This document shows, in pieces, positions 10,946 through 23,850 of a DNA stretch of 64,000 nt. The translations under genes and the position numbers were made by a program. Origin of the DNA: Octopus sinensis (lineage: Eukaryota); the NCBI RefSeq assembly GCF_006345805.1, contig NC_043019.1:28147360-28211359 (forward strand), written 5' to 3'. Each line of letters opens with the position of its first letter. The stretch's first letter is position 1. Below the pieces are notes generated by a model. That model ran no database searches. It worked only from the letters and a program-made list of their open reading frames with translations, and had not been told where the DNA came from.

Positions 10946-13697
10946 CCACACATACATACACAAAAATGTAACATCACGCATTAACACAGTACGGCATTAT
11001 GCTTTATATATATACACACACACATGCATACAAACATGTAACATCATACATAAACAGTATAGCATTGTGCTACACTCACACACACAAACAAATTTTATTT
11101 TATTACCAATATTAATTTCTTTTGTTTTTCAAGAATATAGGAAGCGTTTTCCGACCTTTTTTAAAATTTTACTTTTTTTGTCTGTAATAGTCAGATTAAA
11201 GTGAACATGTTTTACTGAATTAAAACTATTTTTTTATAACATATCACAAGAAACATTCATTTTTTTTTTTTCTCACTTTCTTTCATTATTTTTCCTCTCA
11301 GTTGATTAGTAAATGAAATTTCCAGAACATTCTGAATGATATTCAAAATGTTAAATAAAGCTGTTCATTTTACATTTGTGTTTTTAGTATGTGTCTTTTA
11401 ATGAAAAAATTTTTTTTAATGTTGTATTTACTTGTTTCAGTTATTGGACCGTGACCATGCTGGGGCACTACCTTGAAGGGTCTATTTGAACAAATCAACA
11501 CCAGTACTTACTGTTTCCTTCAAGTCTGGTACTTATTCTGCTGGTCTCTTTTGCTAAACTGCTAAGTTATAGAGACATAAACAAACCAACATCGGTTGCC
11601 AAGTGGTGCTCAGGGACAAACAGAACAAAAAAAAAATAAGGCAGGCACACACACACACACACACACACATGATAGGCTTCTTTCAGTTTCCATCTGTTAA
11701 ATGCATTCTCAAGGCTTTGGTTTGTCTCGAGCTATAAATACAGGATGCTTGCCCAAAGAAGTCCATGGTAGGTCTGAACCGAAAACCACATGATTGGAAA
11801 GCAATATTCTTTAACTACACAGCCACGCATGTACCTACATGCAAAATATTTTTTTAAATATTTTATTTTATCATCAGGTGTAAGCATGGCTGTATGGTAA
11901 GAAGTTCGCTTAACAACCATGTTAGTTCCAAGCTTTATCCCACTGCACAGCTTTTTGCTGTGAGAGAGCATCATGACAGACCTTGTCGTCATCATCATCA
12001 TCATCATTGTCATTTAACGTCCGCTTTCCATGCTAGCATGGGTTGGACGGTTTGACTGGGCTAGCGAACCAGATGGCTGCACCAAGCTCCAGTCTTGATC
12101 TGGCAGAGTTTCTACAGCTGGATGCCCTTCCTAACGCCAACCACTCCCGAGAGTGTAGTGGGTGCTTTTACGTGCCAGTCAGGCAGTACTGGCAACGACC
12201 TCGCTCGAATTTTTTTTTTTTTTTTACACATGCCAACGGCACAGGTGCTAGTAAGGCGATGCTGGTAACAATCCCGCTCGAATGGTGCCTCCCACATGCC
12301 ACTAGCACGGAAGCCAGTTAGCCGCTCTGGCAATGATCATGCTCAGATGGTGCTCTGGTAGATAGAAAACTGTCCCATATCATCATCATCGTCATTTTAT
12401 ACCCACCCTTGACTTCATTTTTTGGCACTGTAAGCTATTGGGTTATATTTCAGGAGAAATCGTCATCATTTAACGTCTGTCTTCCATACTAGCATAGGTA
12501 GGACAGTTTGATTGGAGCCAACCAGGTAGAAGACTACCCCCAGGCTACTGAGTCTGTTTTGGCAGGGTTTTTTATGGTTGGATGCCCTTCCTAACACCAA
12601 CCACTCTTCAGTGTGGACCCAGTGCTTTTTACATGGCACCAGCACAGGTGAGATCAGTTTTAGCATAAATTTTACAGCTGGGTGCCCTTCCAAATGCCAA
12701 CCACTTCACAGTGTGGACTGGATGCTTTTTACATGGCAGAGTCAACAAATAACTCACAAGACAAGGAATTTTTGAGAGAGGCAGGGGCATTGGGGGAGGG
12801 GATCTTATGTCAGATGATGAAAGGTTAGAGTGAGATAGATAGAAACAGGTGTCTTGTTATAGAGGAGGCACAGTGAAAGAGAGAAAAGATTCTTTGGAAT
12901 CTCCTGAGCTTCCACCACTGAAACTCCTATTAAATGTAGGAGTCATCATCATGCTACTATAGGACCTCATCTCTTTAGTATTTAAACTGGCCATATCTGG
13001 CCAAAATAATCAGTCCACTCTGTAGGGTGTTTAGTGCTAGGAAGGGCATCCAGCTGTACCCAATCCATGCCAACATGGAAGACAGGTGTTAAATGATGAT
13101 GATTGTAGGACAGGTGTGAGAAGCCAGTTCTGGCTGGTTTGAACATAAAATAGGTAGAATATTTAGGCTGGATATGACTGGTTTAAATGCTAAAAGTTAA
13201 GAGGTGAAAGATGACACAGTGCTGAAAAACAGGAAGCCAACAAATAAAGTGGGAATCTGTATAAAGCGTGGTAAAACAGTGATATATATTTTAGTGCCCA
13301 AGTAACACCAGGTAACCCTGATACATAGTGGCACTCTGTCGGCTGTGTAGTCAAGGGTTTCCAGTTTATCTGATCAATGGAACAGTCTGCTTGTAAAATT
13401 AACGTGCAAGTGGCTGAGCACTCCACAGATATGTGTATCCTTAATTTAGTTCTCAGGAAGATTCAACATGACACAATGTGACAAGGCTGGCCCTTTAAAA
13501 TACAGGCACTACTCACTTTTGCTAGCTAAGTGGACTGGAGCAATGTGAAATAAAGTGTCTTGCTCAAGGAGACAGCACATAGCTGGAAACGAACTTGTGA
13601 CCTTACGATCATGAGCTGAATACCATAACCATTAATCCACACAAGGTCACTCCTGATACATACACAAGTTATATATTTACAAACATGTACATACATA

Positions 13698-14074
13698 GGC
13701 GCAGGAGTGGCTGTGTGGTAAGTAGCTTGCTTACCAACCACACGGTTCCGGGTTCAGTCCCACTGCATGGCACCTTGGGAAAGTGTCTTGTACTATAGCC
13801 TCGGGCCGAACAAAGCCTCGTGAGTGGATTTGGTAGACGGAAACTGAAAGAAGCCTGTCGTATATATATATATATGTGTGTGTTTGTGTTTTTGTCCCCC
13901 CAACATTGCTTGACAACCGATGCTGGTATGTTTACATCCCCGTAACTTAGCGGTTCAGCAAAAGAGACCGATAAGTACTAGGCTTACAAAGAATAAGTCC
14001 TAGGGTCGATTTCCTCGACTAAAAGGCGGTGCTCCAGCATGGCCGCAGTCAAATGACTGAAACAAGTAAAAGAG
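13698..14074 (+). mobile_element. tRNA-derived SINE family B (~380 bp, internal (TA)n/(TG)n tract, GTAAAAGA-repeat tail)
   Basis: Head GGCGCAGGAGTGGCTGTGTGGTAAG..GGTTCAGTCC. Other copies at about 11430-11830(-), 21885-22262, 30050-30390(-), 32678-33078, 34720-35100(-), 35530-35905, 45000-45365(-), 49740-50125(-), 52845-53180(-), 54640-55000(-), 55730-56115(-), 56230-56580 and 57450-57757. Confidence 0.85.
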
Positions 14075-15340
14075 AATACATAGATATACACTTACATGCA
14101 TACACATACATAAGTGAGATGTTAGACAAGAGTTACTTATGTAGTCTACAGTTAAATTAAAAGTATGTATGTATATATATATATATATATATATACTCTT
14201 TTACTTGTTTCAGTCATTTGACTGTAGCCATGCTGGAGCACCGCCTTTAGTCGAGGAAATCGACCCCACGACTTGTATATATATCGCCGTGATCACCGTG
14301 ACCGACCTGGCTATCAGATGTTGTTACACATCGCTGGTCACAATGCGCTTCGCATTGTTTTTAGCCTTCAAATGACGCTACCCCGCTGGCTAAGCGAGCA
14401 GGCCAACAGAAGAAAGAGTGAGAGAAAGTGGTGGTGAAAGTACAGCACGTCTCGCCACCACTTTATTCCAGTAAACTGTTATAAGATTGTATTAACATGC
14501 GTAGCGTCATACATTTCCCCCTGGCAAAACCACAATCCCTCTTGATACTAACCCACCCGAAACCGCCTTTAGTTCTATAACACAAACTTCCTGTCTTTAA
14601 GTGATCTAAATTAAAATCTTCCATCAAAATTCCACGTTAATTTGTCTGTTCCTAACTCCAGCAAAAATAAAAGTTATTTTACAATATTCTTCATTTTTTA
14701 AAAAATTTTTGCTACCAATCTTTCAAATGGTGTATGATGAAACAGTAAGTATATTTGTAAAACAGGGGTGCGTCTTATACACGGGCACATATGGTGGGCG
14801 GTTTGGAGAAGAAAAGAGTCATTGGTAGAAGTTTAAGGTTGAGTTAAGTATGGGAGACAACTCAAGACATATTCAACTGTTACATAAATTATATCTTTCG
14901 ATTCGTTGTTGATTTCTTGAAACAAATCTTTTCATCAAATTATAATATGCCTTTAAATTCTCTCATTACTATCTGATCAGATCATTTTTCTCCGAAAAAG
15001 TAATTTATGCATCAAATCTTCATTAAATTTTATTTATAAATCCTAAGAAGACAAGTAACACCCCCTGTTGAACAGAAATCTAACTGCAATTCCTTAGCCC
15101 CTTAGAATAAAGGTAAATGTACAGGAACTTGCGACCTAATTATAATTATAAATTTATGAATCTATTTTTTCCTCAAAGAAAAGATCCTTCCCGGGTCCCT
15201 ATAACTTTAAGGGAGAGGCAGAAGAAAGTTGTAGCGTTTATACATTCATATTAGGCAATAGATACAGTGTAAATTGCAACTGCGCTATAGTAATCACATA
15301 AATTCAGTAAAAAAGTTAAAATCTAATTGAAATTCAGCTG

Positions 15341-15578
15341 GGATCTTTTCGGTTTGAACGGCAGTTTTTCTAGCGGTGTCATATGAAATTGTCACCCATA
15401 ATTATGACCCTAGCATCGATCTATTGCATTTCAATCTATTTTAGGGTTAGAATTTTCTCAATAAAGCCAAGAGAAAAAGATGTTTTATAAACACATTCTA
15501 CCAGTATACGAAGTTTAAATGTGTTTAGTTAGGTGGAAATTATTTAAAAAAAAACTGCCGTTCAAACCGAAAAGATCC
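15341..15578. mobile_element. Merlin-like MITE (238 bp)
   Basis: Perfect 29-bp TIR GGATCTTTTCGGTTTGAACGGCAGTTTTT and perfect 8-bp TSD TTCAGCTG (15333-15340 and 15579-15586). A GG-initiated TIR with an 8-bp TSD fits Merlin/IS1016 (superfamily call is inference). A related end (..AAACTGAATAGATCC) and shared internal sequence occur at about 41795-41883. Confidence 0.8.
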
Positions 15579-15688
15579 TTCAGCTGTCAAAATTTGCAGA
15601 AGATTGTGTAATTTTGAGAACTGTGTAGACCTTCAATATATATTTTGAGCAACTTAAGCGGCCTCTTTGAATCAAAACAAAAAGCAAT

Positions 15689-15761
15689 ATGGCTAATGCG
15701 TACCAAGACGAACAGTTCGGAGTATTAAAAGATAAATATTCAAAAGGACCTTTCGGCTTAG
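15689..15761 (+). CDS. CMC1: CMC1 exon 1 (MANAYQ...GPFGL)
   Basis: ATG at 15689, donor gtaaat at 15762, phase 1; joins exon 2 to give GLGDPDD. Confidence 0.85.
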
Positions 15762-18700
15762 GTAAATTATTTCAGCGCTGAAATTATCCAATTGTCACAT
15801 AGGTTTACATGGAGGTTAACATTGTTAAATTTTGTCTTAGTCCTGTTGAGCATTTATGTCGTCTTCCTATATCTTGTCAATGTCAAACAAGACACTGACT
15901 GTATTTATAATTGTTTGATTGTTGCTGTTGTTCATTAGCATTATATCAGCTCTGACCAAACTGAATTATGAACAATAAGTATTCTAGCAGTGACTGATCC
16001 GTATTTCCGCATGTCTATTGGTTACATTTTCTGTGAGGGAGTTTCAATTGCTATTTCTAGCAGGCCGAACGACCACGTAGAGTCTCTCATTGCCATTTGC
16101 TGGGGGAAATCTTTAAAAATATACGGAAACTTTTATGCACTCACAAATTCAGGCACTATTTAAGAAGAGTGGTCCCGGTGCGCGCACTCGCGTACTCGCG
16201 CATCCACGCTAGCTAGTCGTGACTAGTCGATCCTACAACGACTACCTAGCAAAGTAAATGAAACACAAAATATTTTTTTGAAACAAAGTAAATAAAACAA
16301 AAACACAAAGTAAGGATCGACTAGGCACAACTAGCTAGCGCGGATGCGCGAGTGCGCGCACCGAGACCACTATTCTTATACAGTACCCAAATTCAAGATA
16401 TATAATGGTCAAGAGTGTTATTGTCTTAGTCTATAAGCCTGGCTGAATAGAGTTAAACATAAAAGTAGTATGCGTGCCATAACCATGACCACGATTATTT
16501 TGGAAACTGTAAGATATATGGAAGTTTTGAGTTGGGTTTCCATACATCCGTATATACCAGGGTATGTCCTAGATTCGGATATCAGAATTTGCGAATTTAA
16601 AACATTCTCCAAAAGCCCAGCAGCTTTTGTCACTTAAAAAATTGTATTTTGTTTGAAACAGACGTTTTCCATGCTGACAAAGATTGGACTGTTTGTCCGG
16701 AGCTGGCAAGCCACAAGACTTCACCAGGCTTCACTTTCTGGTTTGGCTATGCCCATCCTAACACCCACTATATATGTATGTGTCCTTTGTTTCTAGTCTT
16801 CTCTAGGAATATATCTGGTCATGGAGAAATATTATCTTCCTTGGAATCAGATGAAGGTTGGTGACAGGAAGGGCACCAGGCTGTTTTTCTGTCTCAAGTT
16901 AGTGTTTATAATCTTTATGTCATACTTAAGGTGGAAGTTGTGTTACAACACCGGATACTGAACTATTTACCTTGAGAGAACCTCCCATATGGATGCCTGG
17001 TGCATAAAAACGCCTGTATTTATATTGTTAGTCGATGAAAATCATCTGCTACAGGTGCTGAGTGCTTTTAAGCACCAGAAGTCCATATGAGGGGTCTTCT
17101 TAAGGTAAATATTGCACTATTCAGTGTTCTAAAACAATATCCACTTTAAGTTGGATATAAAGATTGCAGTTTGGTACTAATACTGCTTCTATTGGTATTA
17201 GCGTTAAACACTAATACTAATAGAAGCAGTATTATTATTCTTTGCTTTATTTCTTTCTTATTTTATACTTCTTTTATTAAAAAATTTTTTTTTCTATTTT
17301 TAGGTGATCCAGATGACTTAACATTGCGAAGGGTTGAGAAAGAAATAATGATACCTCAGAAAATGAAAGAAATTGCAAAGAGGGAACATTGTAGCACTGA
17401 AGTTCAGAGTATGTTTTAAAACTGGTTTATAAAGTTTTGTCAGTAGCAGTATGCAGTGACCATAACTGTATGGTGGTTTAGCTACTGTAGTGGATTAGTT
17501 TGGTATGGCAACTACAGCAGGGTAATGCGACCATTTTGGACACTAAACTTTGCTTGTGAAGACCTGTTGAGGCAAGTGAAATCAAAATCAAAATCAAATT
17601 CGATGACTGGTATCTGTGCTAGCGGGGCACAAAGAGCACCATACGAGCATGATCGTTGACAGAGCGGCTAACTGGCTTCTGTGCCAGTGGCACATAAAGG
17701 GCACCATTCGAGTGTGATCGTTACCAGCATTGCCTCACTGGTACTTGTGCCAGTGGCATGTGTAAAAACATTCGAGCGAGGTCGCTGCCAGTACCGCCTG
17801 ACTGCCCCAACCCCTGTGCCGGTGGCACGTAAAAGCACCCACTACACTCTTGGAGTGGTTGGCTTTAGGAAGGGCATCCAGCTATAGAAACTCTGCCAGA
17901 TTAAGATTGGTGCCTGGTGCAGCCTTCTGGTTTGCCAGTCCTCAGTCAAATCGTCCAACCCATGCTAGCATGGAAAACGGATGTTAAACGATGATGATGA
18001 TGATGGTGATGATTACAGCCTGAAGGCATGTGGCTTTGTGGTTAGGATATTTAGCTCACAGTCATAAGGTCGTGAGCTTGATTTCTGGCAGTGTGTTGTG
18101 TCCTTGAGCAAGATACTTTATTGCATGTTGCTTCAGTCCACTCAGCTGGCATTCTATTTTATGCTGAATCTCCCTTACAAGATGTTAAAGGGTACGTGTA
18201 TCTGTGGAGTACTCAGCCACTTGCATGTTAATTTCATGTGCAGGCTTTTCTGGTGATCAGATGAACTGGAATCCTCATCATCATCATAACCAAAGGGGTG
18301 CCAGTCAACATATTGTGACCATTTGAGCAGAGTGGTATACTGTGGTCACTGCAGTGCTGTTGGTGTATTGCAGCCACTGCAACATGATACTGTTTTAAAG
18401 AAATCATTATTATCCTGCGGTTCCGCACTCCCCACTTTCTTCTGCATCCTTTTATCCTCCCCCCAATTCATTGATCATCAGTCTTCAAGCCTGCCCATTG
18501 TTTTTACTGTAGTGAGTATAATGTTTATATGGAAGAGAACTGTCTTTGATATCACCATTCTGCACACAAACTCACACAGACATATTCATACATGTTTAAA
18601 CCTAATTGCATTTATGTTTCAGCTTTTGGTGAATGTGCAAAACAAGCTGGTTTGCTTCTGACGTTTCAGTGTAGAGACAAAGCAAATCTCCTTCATACAT

Positions 18701-20853
18701 GCCTATCAAATATGTAAGTGATACCAATAACCAATATATATATATATATATATACTTTTCTTTTTTATTTCTTCTTTTATGCAAGAATTGTAGAGATCCT
18801 TCGTTATCAAACTGAAGCTGGGCTTCTTTTTTTAAATAGTAAGAAGTGAATTCAAAAGAGAAAATATTAACTTAATTTATAGAAAATATCTGACTTAAGT
18901 TGTTATCATCATTTAAAGTCTGCTTTCCATTCTGGCATGGTTTGGATGGTTTGGCAGGAGCTGGCATGCCAGAAGATTGCACCAAACTCTACCGTCTGAT
19001 TTTGGTATGGTTTCTATGGCTGGATGCCCCTTCCTAATGCCACCCACTTTACAGAGTGTTTTTCATGTAGCACAAGCACTAATGTGGTCTCCAAGTAACT
19101 TGCAAAACAAAGACTTCTCAAATGATGCAGGGGAGTAGTATAGAAGGAGGTGGCTCAATATTCTTGAATCATTGTTTGAAGAATTACAAATAAGAGATTC
19201 TAAGCATATGTTTTCTACATGTATACAATTTGTAACTCCTCTCATGTACTGAAACACATGTAACATGGAATTAAAAATATACCAAACTTTTCCAGTCTTC
19301 TATTTTGATATGTAATTACTCTGCAAATAGAATCCATCAAAATTTCAATTGCTATGTATATATCATTTAAAGGCGGCGAGCTGGCAGAAACGTTAGCACG
19401 CCGGGCGAAATGTGTAGCCGTATTTCGTCTGTCGTTACGTTCCGAGTTCAAATTCCGCCAAGGTCGACTTTGCCTTTCATCCTTTCGGGGTCGATAAATT
19501 GAGTACCAGTTACGCACTGGGGTCGATGTAATTGACTTAATCCGTTTGTCTGTCCTTGTTTGTCCCCTCTGTATTTAGCCCCTTGTGGGTAGTAAAGAAA
19601 TATATATCATTTAAAATAAACCATCTGTGTACATAGATTATTAGATTACTGTGAACATACAGATGTGTTTCACAAGGGCACAGCTTGGACACACACACAC
19701 ACACGAGGAGGTGCTGGAAAGTTCCTGGTTTTGAGTAAACGAAAATACAGGAGCATCAGTTAATTATGAATGTTCAGACACAAGGATGAATAAATACCAG
19801 TTTGTAGTCGAAGTACACGATAGTTGAAGTGCTGTAACAAGAAGTTCAGGCGAAGTAGCAGAGCCTGTTGAGGCACATGTCATGTAAGAAGTTGTGGCTA
19901 CTATACTGCTGCCGGTCACTTAATACAGGAAGTTCTTGCAGGTTGTACTTTCTGTTAACCATGGTGAAGTAATTCACACACAGTTCAAATTCCTCTGAGG
20001 TTGACTTTGCTTTTCATCTTTTTGGGGTCAATAAAATGAGTACGAGTTGAGCACTGAGGTCAGTTTAATTAACTTACCTCCACCCAACAAATTACTGGCC
20101 TTCTGCCAAAATTTGAAATCAATATATGTTCCAGATTAAGGTGGCAAACTGGTAGAATCGTTAGTGTGCCAAGGAAAATGCTTAATGGCTTTTCGTCTGT
20201 CTTTACATTCTGAGTTCCAATTCTGCTGAGGTTGATTTTGCTTTTCATCCTTTTGGGGTCAGTGAAATAAGTGCCAGTTGAGCACTGGCATCAATATATT
20301 TCACCTAGCCAGCTTGCCACCTTCTTTGTGTTTCTGGCTCAATGAGATGAAACCAACATAAATGGGTTAGGAAACATTAAAAAAAATTAGCTACATCTGC
20401 CTCAAACAATGTGAGATTTTCCTGTGATTTGATCAGCCTGTTGTGCTTTTGATCAAGTGTTAGAAGAGGTGGCACCCACCAAGCAGAAACTTGCTGGCCT
20501 TGTGCTGAAATTTTAAATCTGTGTTCCAGATTAATAACAAATGAGTTATTTTACTAAATTCTTCAATATTTTCACAATGAATTGCAACAAAAGTAGTGTA
20601 TTTCAACAAAAATATGGTAACAGAAGGGTTAATTTGTAATTCCTTTAACTGTTGGAACTATAATTTCAATTTTTTGTTTTATTGAATGAATCTTTGTCTT
20701 TTGTTTTTCTTTCTGTTAGTAATAGTGAAAAATGTATAAATCTCTTTTAGGTACAAGAATGAAGAATTTGTTGAAAGGTGCACACAGGAATATCTGAAAG
20801 ATCGCACAGAATATCGTCGAACTGGAAAGAAGAAGCTTATAAAACGTGTTTAA
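15689..20853 (+). CDS. CMC1: COX assembly mitochondrial protein CMC1 homolog (twin CX9C), 4 coding exons, 123 aa
   Basis: Exons 15689-15761, 17304-17408, 18623-18713 and 20751-20853 splice GT-AG in frame to MANAYQDEQFGVLKDKYSKGPFGLGDPDDLTLRRVEKEIMIPQKMKEIAKREHCSTEVQTFGECAKQAGLLLTFQCRDKANLLHTCLSNMYKNEEFVERCTQEYLKDRTEYRRTGKKKLIKRV*. It has two CX9C motifs plus the LRxVEKExxIP and C-x-x-EYLxxRxEYRRTG motifs characteristic of CMC1. Confidence 0.93.
16161..16378. mobile_element. Long-TIR MITE / foldback element in CMC1 intron 1
   Basis: About 65-bp CpG-rich inverted arms (AGTGGTCYCGGTGCGCGCACTCGCG..CTAGTCGATCCT) around an A-rich core, flanked by TA on both sides. Confidence 0.75.
17304..17408 (+). 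CDS. CMC1: CMC1 exon 2
   Basis: Acceptor ttttag at 17303, donor gtatgt at 17409; DPDDLTLRRVEKEIMIPQKMKEIAKREHCSTEVQ. Confidence 0.93.
17575..18012 (+). mobile_element. Non-autonomous RTE-tailed element (GGAAGGGCATCCAGC core, (GAT)n tail)
   Basis: Conserved 3' end ..AACCCATGCTAGCATGGAAARCGGACGTTAAACGATGATGAT. Copies at about 4207-4630(-), 11985-12360(-), 12460-12730(-), 21100-21420, 24130-24300, 27410-27960(-), 28815-29180(-), 37245-37378(-), 39690-40020 and 48860-49130(-). Confidence 0.7.
18623..18713 (+). CDS. CMC1: CMC1 exon 3
   Basis: Acceptor tttcag at 18622, donor gtaagt at 18714; FGECAKQAGLLLTFQCRDKANLLHTCLSN. Confidence 0.93.
19370..19601 (+). mobile_element. SINE family A, full-length copy in CMC1 intron 3
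   Basis: High similarity to the other family A copies. Confidence 0.85.
20751..20853 (+). CDS. CMC1: CMC1 exon 4 (terminal)
   Basis: Acceptor cttttag at 20750; YKNEEFVERCTQEYLKDRTEYRRTGKKKLIKRV then TAA. Confidence 0.93.
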
Positions 20854-20890
20854 ATAATAGTTATATGTAATGTGAGAATACAAATTTGTA

Positions 20891-20896
20891 AATAAA
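20891..20896 (+). terminator. Candidate polyadenylation signal of CMC1
   Basis: AATAAA 38 nt after the stop codon. Confidence 0.6.
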
Positions 20897-23314
20897 ATTT
20901 ATTAAAACTGTTCTCGTTGCTTTTACTGGAATAATTTACAACACTGAAATGGTTTGATGTAATCTGAAATTCTTTCATATCTCAAATAGTTAAAATACTA
21001 CATGAAAAGAATAAGGTTGCAAAAGAAATAAGGAAAAGAGTAAAAACATAATTGGATTGTCATGTTGTTTCTTAGGGCATTACATTAGATATATTAGACT
21101 GGCTTCCGTGCCGGTGGCACGTAAAAAGCACCATCCGAACGTGGTTGATGCCAGCGCCGACTTGACTGGCTTCCGTACCGGTGGCACGTAAAAAGCACCA
21201 ATCCGATCGTGGCCGTTGCCAGCCTCGCCTGGCACCTGTGTCGGTGGCACGTAAAAAGCACCCACTACACTCTTGGAGTGGTTGGCGTTAGGAAGGGCAT
21301 CCAGCTGTAGAAACACTGCCAGATCAGACTGGAGCCTGGTGCAGCCTTCTGGCTTCCCAGATCCCCGGTCGAACTGTCCAACCCATGCTAGGATGGAGAA
21401 CGGACGTTAAAGATGATGATATTCTTTGGGATATTACTCAGTTCTCTTTGGTGTAGCTGACATCATTAACTTCTTCCAGGTTAACAACAAAATGGGCTGA
21501 TGAAAGATCAGAAAAACGCCATATTTTCTGGCATGCAAGTCAAATTTTTCAGACCAAAATTTACAACCAAAAATAGTTGGTCAACTTATATATCAAGACG
21601 AATTTAGAGAACTGAAAGTTCTATGCATAACGCAACAGGATTTGGAAAGATAGTGATAATGTTTGAATGCTTACACAACATGTTTATGCTATATACTACG
21701 TTGACTTGTATGCAGGAAAATACGATATGTACGCATGACCTAATAAACTTCCATTTAGTTGATAGCAACCAAATGGAGGTTAGAAATAACAACTAAATTT
21801 CTTTAAAATTGTACCCTTCTGTCTTATATATGTATATATCTTATTTTTTGGTATACAAGTTGAATTTTTTTGACCAAAATTTACAGGCGCAGGAGTGGCT
21901 GTGTGGTAACTAGCTTGCTTACCAACCGTATGTTTCTGGGTTCATTCCCACTGCATGACACCTTGGGCAAGTGTCTTCTACTATCGCCTTGGGTGTGAGT
22001 GAATTTGGTAGACGGAAACTGAAAGAAGCCCATCGTATATATGTATGTGTGTGTATATGTTTGTGTGTCTGTGTTTGTCCCCCCAACATCGCTTGACAAC
22101 CGATGGTGGCGTGTTTACATCCCCGTAATTTAGCGGTTCGGCAAAACAGACCGATAGAATAAGTATTAGGCTTCCAAAGAATAAGTCCTGGGGTTGATTT
22201 GCTCAACTAAAAGCACTGCTCCAGCATGGCCACAGTCAAATGACTGAAACAAGTAAAAGAGAGAGCCAAAAAAGAGGTAGGTCAATTTATGCACCAAAAT
22301 GACTTTGGAGGATCAAAAGTTCCTTGTGAAATGCCACAGGATTCAGAAAGATAGTAACAGTGTTTGTTTACGCTACACATTTATATTATATAATACATTG
22401 CCTTATATGCTGGAAAATAATGTATGAGCCAACGAAGGAAATCTCCACATATTTGCTAGACATGTTAGAAATAACAGCAAAATCTCCTTCAAATCATACC
22501 TTTCTGTCTTAGGTATAAACCTCATTTCCTAGCATACAAGTTGAATTTTTTAGATCAAAATGTACAGCCAAAAAAAAATTATGCACCAAGATGATTTTGA
22601 AAGACCATAAATTCCATGTTAAGTGCAGCATACCAAGTTGGGTGTGTCCACATGAACACATTTACATAGCATAAAGAAAAGGGTGTCAAGAATTGACATG
22701 GGAAAGGGAGTTATTTTGCTTAGACAGAATAATTGGCCATTTTATCAGTTGGTTTTAAGTCAGATATTAGCAACAGGTTTTTGTAGCCATTTGCTTCATT
22801 AAATAGAAGTGAAGATTTTATGACCCATTAGCAGCTTTTCTCTAAGACAACTAAGTAGGCTTAGGGTTTGAACATTAAGTCATAACATTTGTCTATGGAA
22901 AGGACAAGCATCATTTATTACTACAACATACTTCCCACTCACCTATTAGATTTCCTTCCTCCACCTCTCTCTCTCTATATATACACACACACACACACAT
23001 ATATATATATGCATATATACATATATGTACATACCTACAATATGTATATATACATGCATATATGGGTACAGCACATAAAAAAATGTGGACAGAATGAGAA
23101 ACGAAAACAGGGGCTAAACATAGAGGGGATAAACAAAAACAGACAAAGGGACTAAGTCGATTACATCAAACCCAGTGGGTACTTTATTTATCAACCCCGG
23201 AAGGATGAAAGGCAAAGTCGACCTTGGTGGAATTTGAACTCAGAACGTAACGGCAGACGCAATACTGCTAAGCATTTTGCCCGGTGTGCTAACGTTTCTG
23301 CCAGCTCACCACCT

Positions 23315-23850
23315 TCTCTGTGTTTCTGGCTCAGTGAGATGAAACCAACACATCTTGGCTTAGGAAACATAAAAAAAATTAGTTAGATCTGCCTCAAACA
23401 ATGTGAGATTTTCCTGTGATTTGATCAGCCTGTTGTGCTTTTGATCAAGTGTTAGAAGAGGTAGCACCCACCAAGCAGAAACCTTTGGGATGGTAAGTTC
23501 ATCAAGCAGAATATTCTCAACTCTCTCTAGGGATATGCCTATAGCCGTGGCTATTTGATTTACAATCAATTACCTGACATATGGTGAACATGAGTGATGT
23601 TTTCTTCAATGGTGGCATTTGCAGGATGCAAAGACTTTGGGTCATCTTTAAGCCTCTCCCTTCCTCTCGTGAATTTGCACTGTTGATAAAGCTTGAGTGT
23701 CATGCCCTAATGTAGCAACCATGTCAGTATTCCTTTGGTGACTAAAACCATTTTATGTAGGTACTTGATAATACCATGATGCCAAATTTTGTCTGTTTTC
23801 AAGAGAAGTTGCTACTAGTTACTTTTGAAGTCTTCTTTGAACACTGTGAT
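23315..23850 (-). pseudogene. Degraded mariner transposase fragment
   Basis: Minus-strand translation gives LKDDPKS..ATIEENI..IATAIGISLERVENIL..KVSAWWVLPLLTLDQK..SQENLTLFEAD, matching the mariner HTH / WVPxxL region, with stops and frameshifts. Confidence 0.75.

Noticed and set aside
15441-15452. TTAGGGTTAG telomere-like motif
   Set aside because: Under two units, internal to the MITE; not an interstitial telomeric array.
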